Shown here: positions 44,982 to 47,757 of the stretch, one piece after another
Layout of the letters: every line of letters begins with the position of its first letter
Numbering within the stretch: position 1 is the first letter of the stretch
IMG/VR virus record: IMGVR_UViG_3300038809_000016
Span: 1-47,757 of that record
Reading direction: 5' to 3' (one strand)
DNA: 47,757 nucleotides
From: a virus
Lineage: Duplodnaviria > Caudoviricetes
Translations under genes and position numbers: made by a program
Notes under the pieces: generated by a model
Database searches by the model: none
What the model was told of the DNA's origin: nothing
Seen by the model: only the letters and a program-made list of their open reading frames with translations

Positions 44982-47282
44982 GTGAGCGAGATGCAAGATC
45001 AGGCCACTAATCACTTCTCCAGTCTGTACGCACTCGGCTACCTTCGCCCTGTGCCCGTCACCCCTCCGGACGCAAACCTCGACCCCAACATGTCTTCGCG
45101 CGAGCGGGGACTGCGGGATCGAGGCAAGATGCCGGGCGTCAAGAAACCAGACGGCTACTGGCGGCGGTATTCGTTCGTCAACGAGCCGTTCGACCCGGCC
45201 GTAGACTTCGCCAAGTGGCACGCGGACGGCTGCAACACCGGCATGGTGCTGCCGCCCGACGTGTTCGCTCTGGACGTAGACTGCCTGGACGGCCCGCTGT
45301 CCGCTCAGATCGTGGCGCTCGCCGGGGTTCACCTCGGCAAGGCCCCGATGCGGGTCGGCCGGCGCCCGAAGGTCATGCTGTTCTACAGGATCGACCCGGC
45401 GGACCGGCTGCTGCTCGGCTACCGCAAGCTGTCCTTCGCGGTCGCCCCGGGCGTGCGGCAGTTCTTCGAGCTGCTCCGGCCGGGGCAACACGTCCTGATG
45501 GCCGGCCGCTATCCGGTGCAGCCGGGCGAGGCGCCGTTCAACTACGAGATCCGCGGCGGGTCCATGTGGCCGCACGCCGAGCTGACGGTCGTGACGTGGG
45601 CGCAGGTCGAGGCGTTCCTGTCGGCCGCCCTGGCAGAGCTGCCCGAGGCGTCCATGGGGACGCTGCGGAAGACGACGGTCGTGCGCGCGGAGGTCGATCA
45701 GGACAGCCTCGTCCAGGGCGACGAGGAGGAGATCGAGGCCCTGGTGCGGCAGATCCCGAACGACCGGGACTATGACGGCATGATCGAGATGTGCGGCGCG
45801 ATCCACGGCGCGGCGCAACGGCTCGCGGACGGCGGGCGCTCGATCTTCCTCGACTGGTGCGAGCGCTGGGAGAACGGCACGCCGGATCTGGAGGAGTGCG
45901 AGGGCTACTTCAACACCCTGCCGCCGCCCTACGGCCTGGGCTTCGACTACCTCGCCAAGAAGGCCGGCAGGGCCACCGGCAAGGCCTCGGCGGCGCTCCC
46001 GTCAGCCTACGGCCTGGGCGAGGAGCTGGAGCTATCCGAGCAGGAGCAGGCCTTCGCGGAGCGCTTCGCCCCGGGCACGGGCCCGCTGGGCGGCGCAACG
46101 GAGGACGAGGACTACGAGATCGGTGCGCCGGCCAAGCCCGAGACACCGATCGAGCTGATCGACCCGGCGTCCTTCTACGGCCGCGAGCCGGCCGAGAAGG
46201 TGTTCTATATCCCCGGCGTCGTCCCGCAGGGCGAGGTGACGATGCTGACCGGCCAGGGCGGCGTCGGCAAGTCCCTCCTGGCGCTGCAAATGCTGATCGC
46301 CATAGCGCTCGGCAAGCCGATCCTCGGTGTCGAGACCGTACAGGCGAAGTGCCTCGGGTTCTTCTGCGAGGACGATATTGACGTGCTCCACGCCCGCGTC
46401 CGCGATATCTGCAAGGCCTATGGCGTGGACGAGCGCGAGCTGTCGGGAAAGCTCTGGCTGGTCTGCCGCAAGTACACGGACAACCTGCTCTGCACCTTTG
46501 AGCGGGCAGGCACCGCGTCGGTCATGAAGGCCACGCCCCTGATGGAGGATCTCGTGGCGGTGGCCCTCTCCCAAGGCGTCAAGGTCTCGTGCCTCGATAC
46601 GATCGCGGACATCTTCGGTGGTGACGAGATCAATCGGCAGCAGGTCCGCCAGTTCGTCCAGGGGTGTGCCGGACGGCTCGCGGCCGAGACGGGCGGGGCG
46701 TGCATCATCCTGGGCCACCCCTCGAAGTCCGGACAGGCGGAAGGTGGTGACGGCACGTCGGGCTCGACGGCGTGGCATGGGTCGGTGCGCTCCAGGCTGT
46801 ATCTGACGCACAAGGGCGCCGTGTCGTCACAGCTCCGCGAGTTGTCGTCCATGAAGGCGAACTACGGGCCGGCCGGAGCACAGTGGACGCTTGAATGGCG
46901 GGCCGGGGTCCTTGAGACCGTGATGGCCGCTGCGACCGCGGAGGAGGGGGTTAAAATGGTGGCGTCTCGCATAGGCGCTGCGGTCCTTGCCGCCGTGAAG
47001 AAGGCCAACGCTGACGGCGTTCGCATGGTGCGGGGCGCCACCACGAAAGCCTCGATCGTCAAGATCCTGCGGACCCGGGAGCCGGGCACATTCAAGGACG
47101 TGTCGGACGCTGAGATCGGGGCGAGCGTCGATCAGCTTATGGCGCTCGGGGAGATCCGAGAGAGCGAGGTCGGCCGCCGGTCGAACCGTCAACCTCTGCT
47201 CGGTCTCGTTGCGCGCGAACAGCTCGTTACGCCTGTCGAGCAGGACGAGATGTCCGCAGAGGAGCGCGCTCTATTCGACTGA
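44982..47282 (+). CDS. Bifunctional primase-polymerase / PriCT / AAA_25 (RepA-type) helicase
   Basis: NTGM, ALDVD; IPND.DYD..I..CGAIH; GQGGVGKS, EDD, LDT, GHPSK, SGSTAW, KANYG. Confidence 0.9.
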   Translation: MSEMQDQATNHFSSLYALGYLRPVPVTPPDANLDPNMSSRERGLRDRGKMPGVKKPDGYWRRYSFVNEPFDPAVDFAKWHADGCNTGMVLPPDVFALDVDCLDGPLSAQIVALAGVHLGKAPMRVGRRPKVMLFYRIDPADRLLLGYRKLSFAVAPGVRQFFELLRPGQHVLMAGRYPVQPGEAPFNYEIRGGSMWPHAELTVVTWAQVEAFLSAALAELPEASMGTLRKTTVVRAEVDQDSLVQGDEEEIEALVRQIPNDRDYDGMIEMCGAIHGAAQRLADGGRSIFLDWCERWENGTPDLEECEGYFNTLPPPYGLGFDYLAKKAGRATGKASAALPSAYGLGEELELSEQEQAFAERFAPGTGPLGGATEDEDYEIGAPAKPETPIELIDPASFYGREPAEKVFYIPGVVPQGEVTMLTGQGGVGKSLLALQMLIAIALGKPILGVETVQAKCLGFFCEDDIDVLHARVRDICKAYGVDERELSGKLWLVCRKYTDNLLCTFERAGTASVMKATPLMEDLVAVALSQGVKVSCLDTIADIFGGDEINRQQVRQFVQGCAGRLAAETGGACIILGHPSKSGQAEGGDGTSGSTAWHGSVRSRLYLTHKGAVSSQLRELSSMKANYGPAGAQWTLEWRAGVLETVMAAATAEEGVKMVASRIGAAVLAAVKKANADGVRMVRGATTKASIVKILRTREPGTFKDVSDAEIGASVDQLMALGEIRESEVGRRSNRQPLLGLVAREQLVTPVEQDEMSAEERALFD

Positions 47283-47286
47283 AACG

Positions 47287-47429
47287 TGCTCAAACTTGTG
47301 CTCAAACTTGCTGCTCGAACTTAGTTTGAGCGGTAGTTTGAGCAGGCCTGCTCCAACTTAGCTAAGTCTTTGAGATCGTTGCGTCATCTGAAGGTTGAGC
47401 AGTGCTTGCTCAAACTGCTCGCTCAAACT
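47287..47429. repeat. Iteron-like (T/C)GCTCAAACT array, putative origin
   Basis: About 9 direct and inverted copies right after the primase-helicase gene. Confidence 0.8.
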
Positions 47430-47724
47430 CCCCTATAAGGACAGGTCGGTGCCCGCCCCCGCGGCTTGGGGCCGCCAGGGCAGCTTCCGCCCCGCGCCTT
47501 ACTCGACCCCTGGCACCCTAAAAGATCGCCTCGCGGATCGGTCGGACTGATTGTCCAGAGAAGGCCACCGACCGAAACTTCCCTGGACGTAGCGTCCGGG
47601 CCTCGCGATCTTCGAGCTGGCGGATCTCGGCGAAACGGATTTCAAAGTTCAGCCCGGGATTTCAGAAACTTTGCAAAACCTTTTTTGAGCGGAAGGTCTC
47701 GGCGAGCCGGAGCGGCGCCCCGAG

Positions 47725-47756
47725 GCCGCGCCCGCCCCGGGCGGGGCGGGCGCGGC
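47725..47756. repeat. 15-bp perfect GC-only inverted repeat
   Basis: gccgcgcccgccccg-gg-cggggcgggcgcggc. Confidence 0.8.
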
Positions 47757-47757
47757 G

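Noticed and set aside
43974-45818. Long antisense ORFs (also 39097..40782, 19185..20651, 13878..15275, 8134..9507)
   Set aside because: Shadow frames of real genes in GC-rich DNA; no motifs.
47287-47429. CRISPR array
   Set aside because: Units are ~10 bp, in mixed orientation, without regular spacers.

Overview
This window looks like an essentially complete, GC-rich podovirus-type phage genome. The host is probably an alphaproteobacterium (GapR/DUF2312 gene, near-absence of GANTC, sigma70-type TTGAC promoters). Order of modules: tandem 8-bp repeats and a leftward early-type operon (1-3.2 kb); TerS-like gene and HNH; a candidate anti-defence cluster (Acb2/Tad1-like hairpin, RyR-domain protein, Gp49/66 family protein) behind a structured leader; tail fibre; lysis genes; TerL, portal, scaffold, capsid, tail and ejection proteins; a tyrosine integrase with a divergent Cro-like switch; an APSE-type replication module (RuvC, SNF2 helicase, DUF2800, DUF2815 SSB, GapR, two HNH, Pol A); an antisense collagen/C1q fibre; RHH; a stand-alone NrdJ-like Cys tail; HAD; primase-helicase; an iteron-like origin. 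Best leads: (1) an acidic [AS]LF[DS]/VF[DA] C-terminal tail on 6-9 unrelated proteins; (2) a RyR-domain protein within a putative nucleotide-sponge cluster; (3) three palindromic DNA motifs at promoters; (4) structured non-coding leaders. All family calls come from motif recognition by eye, not database searches.
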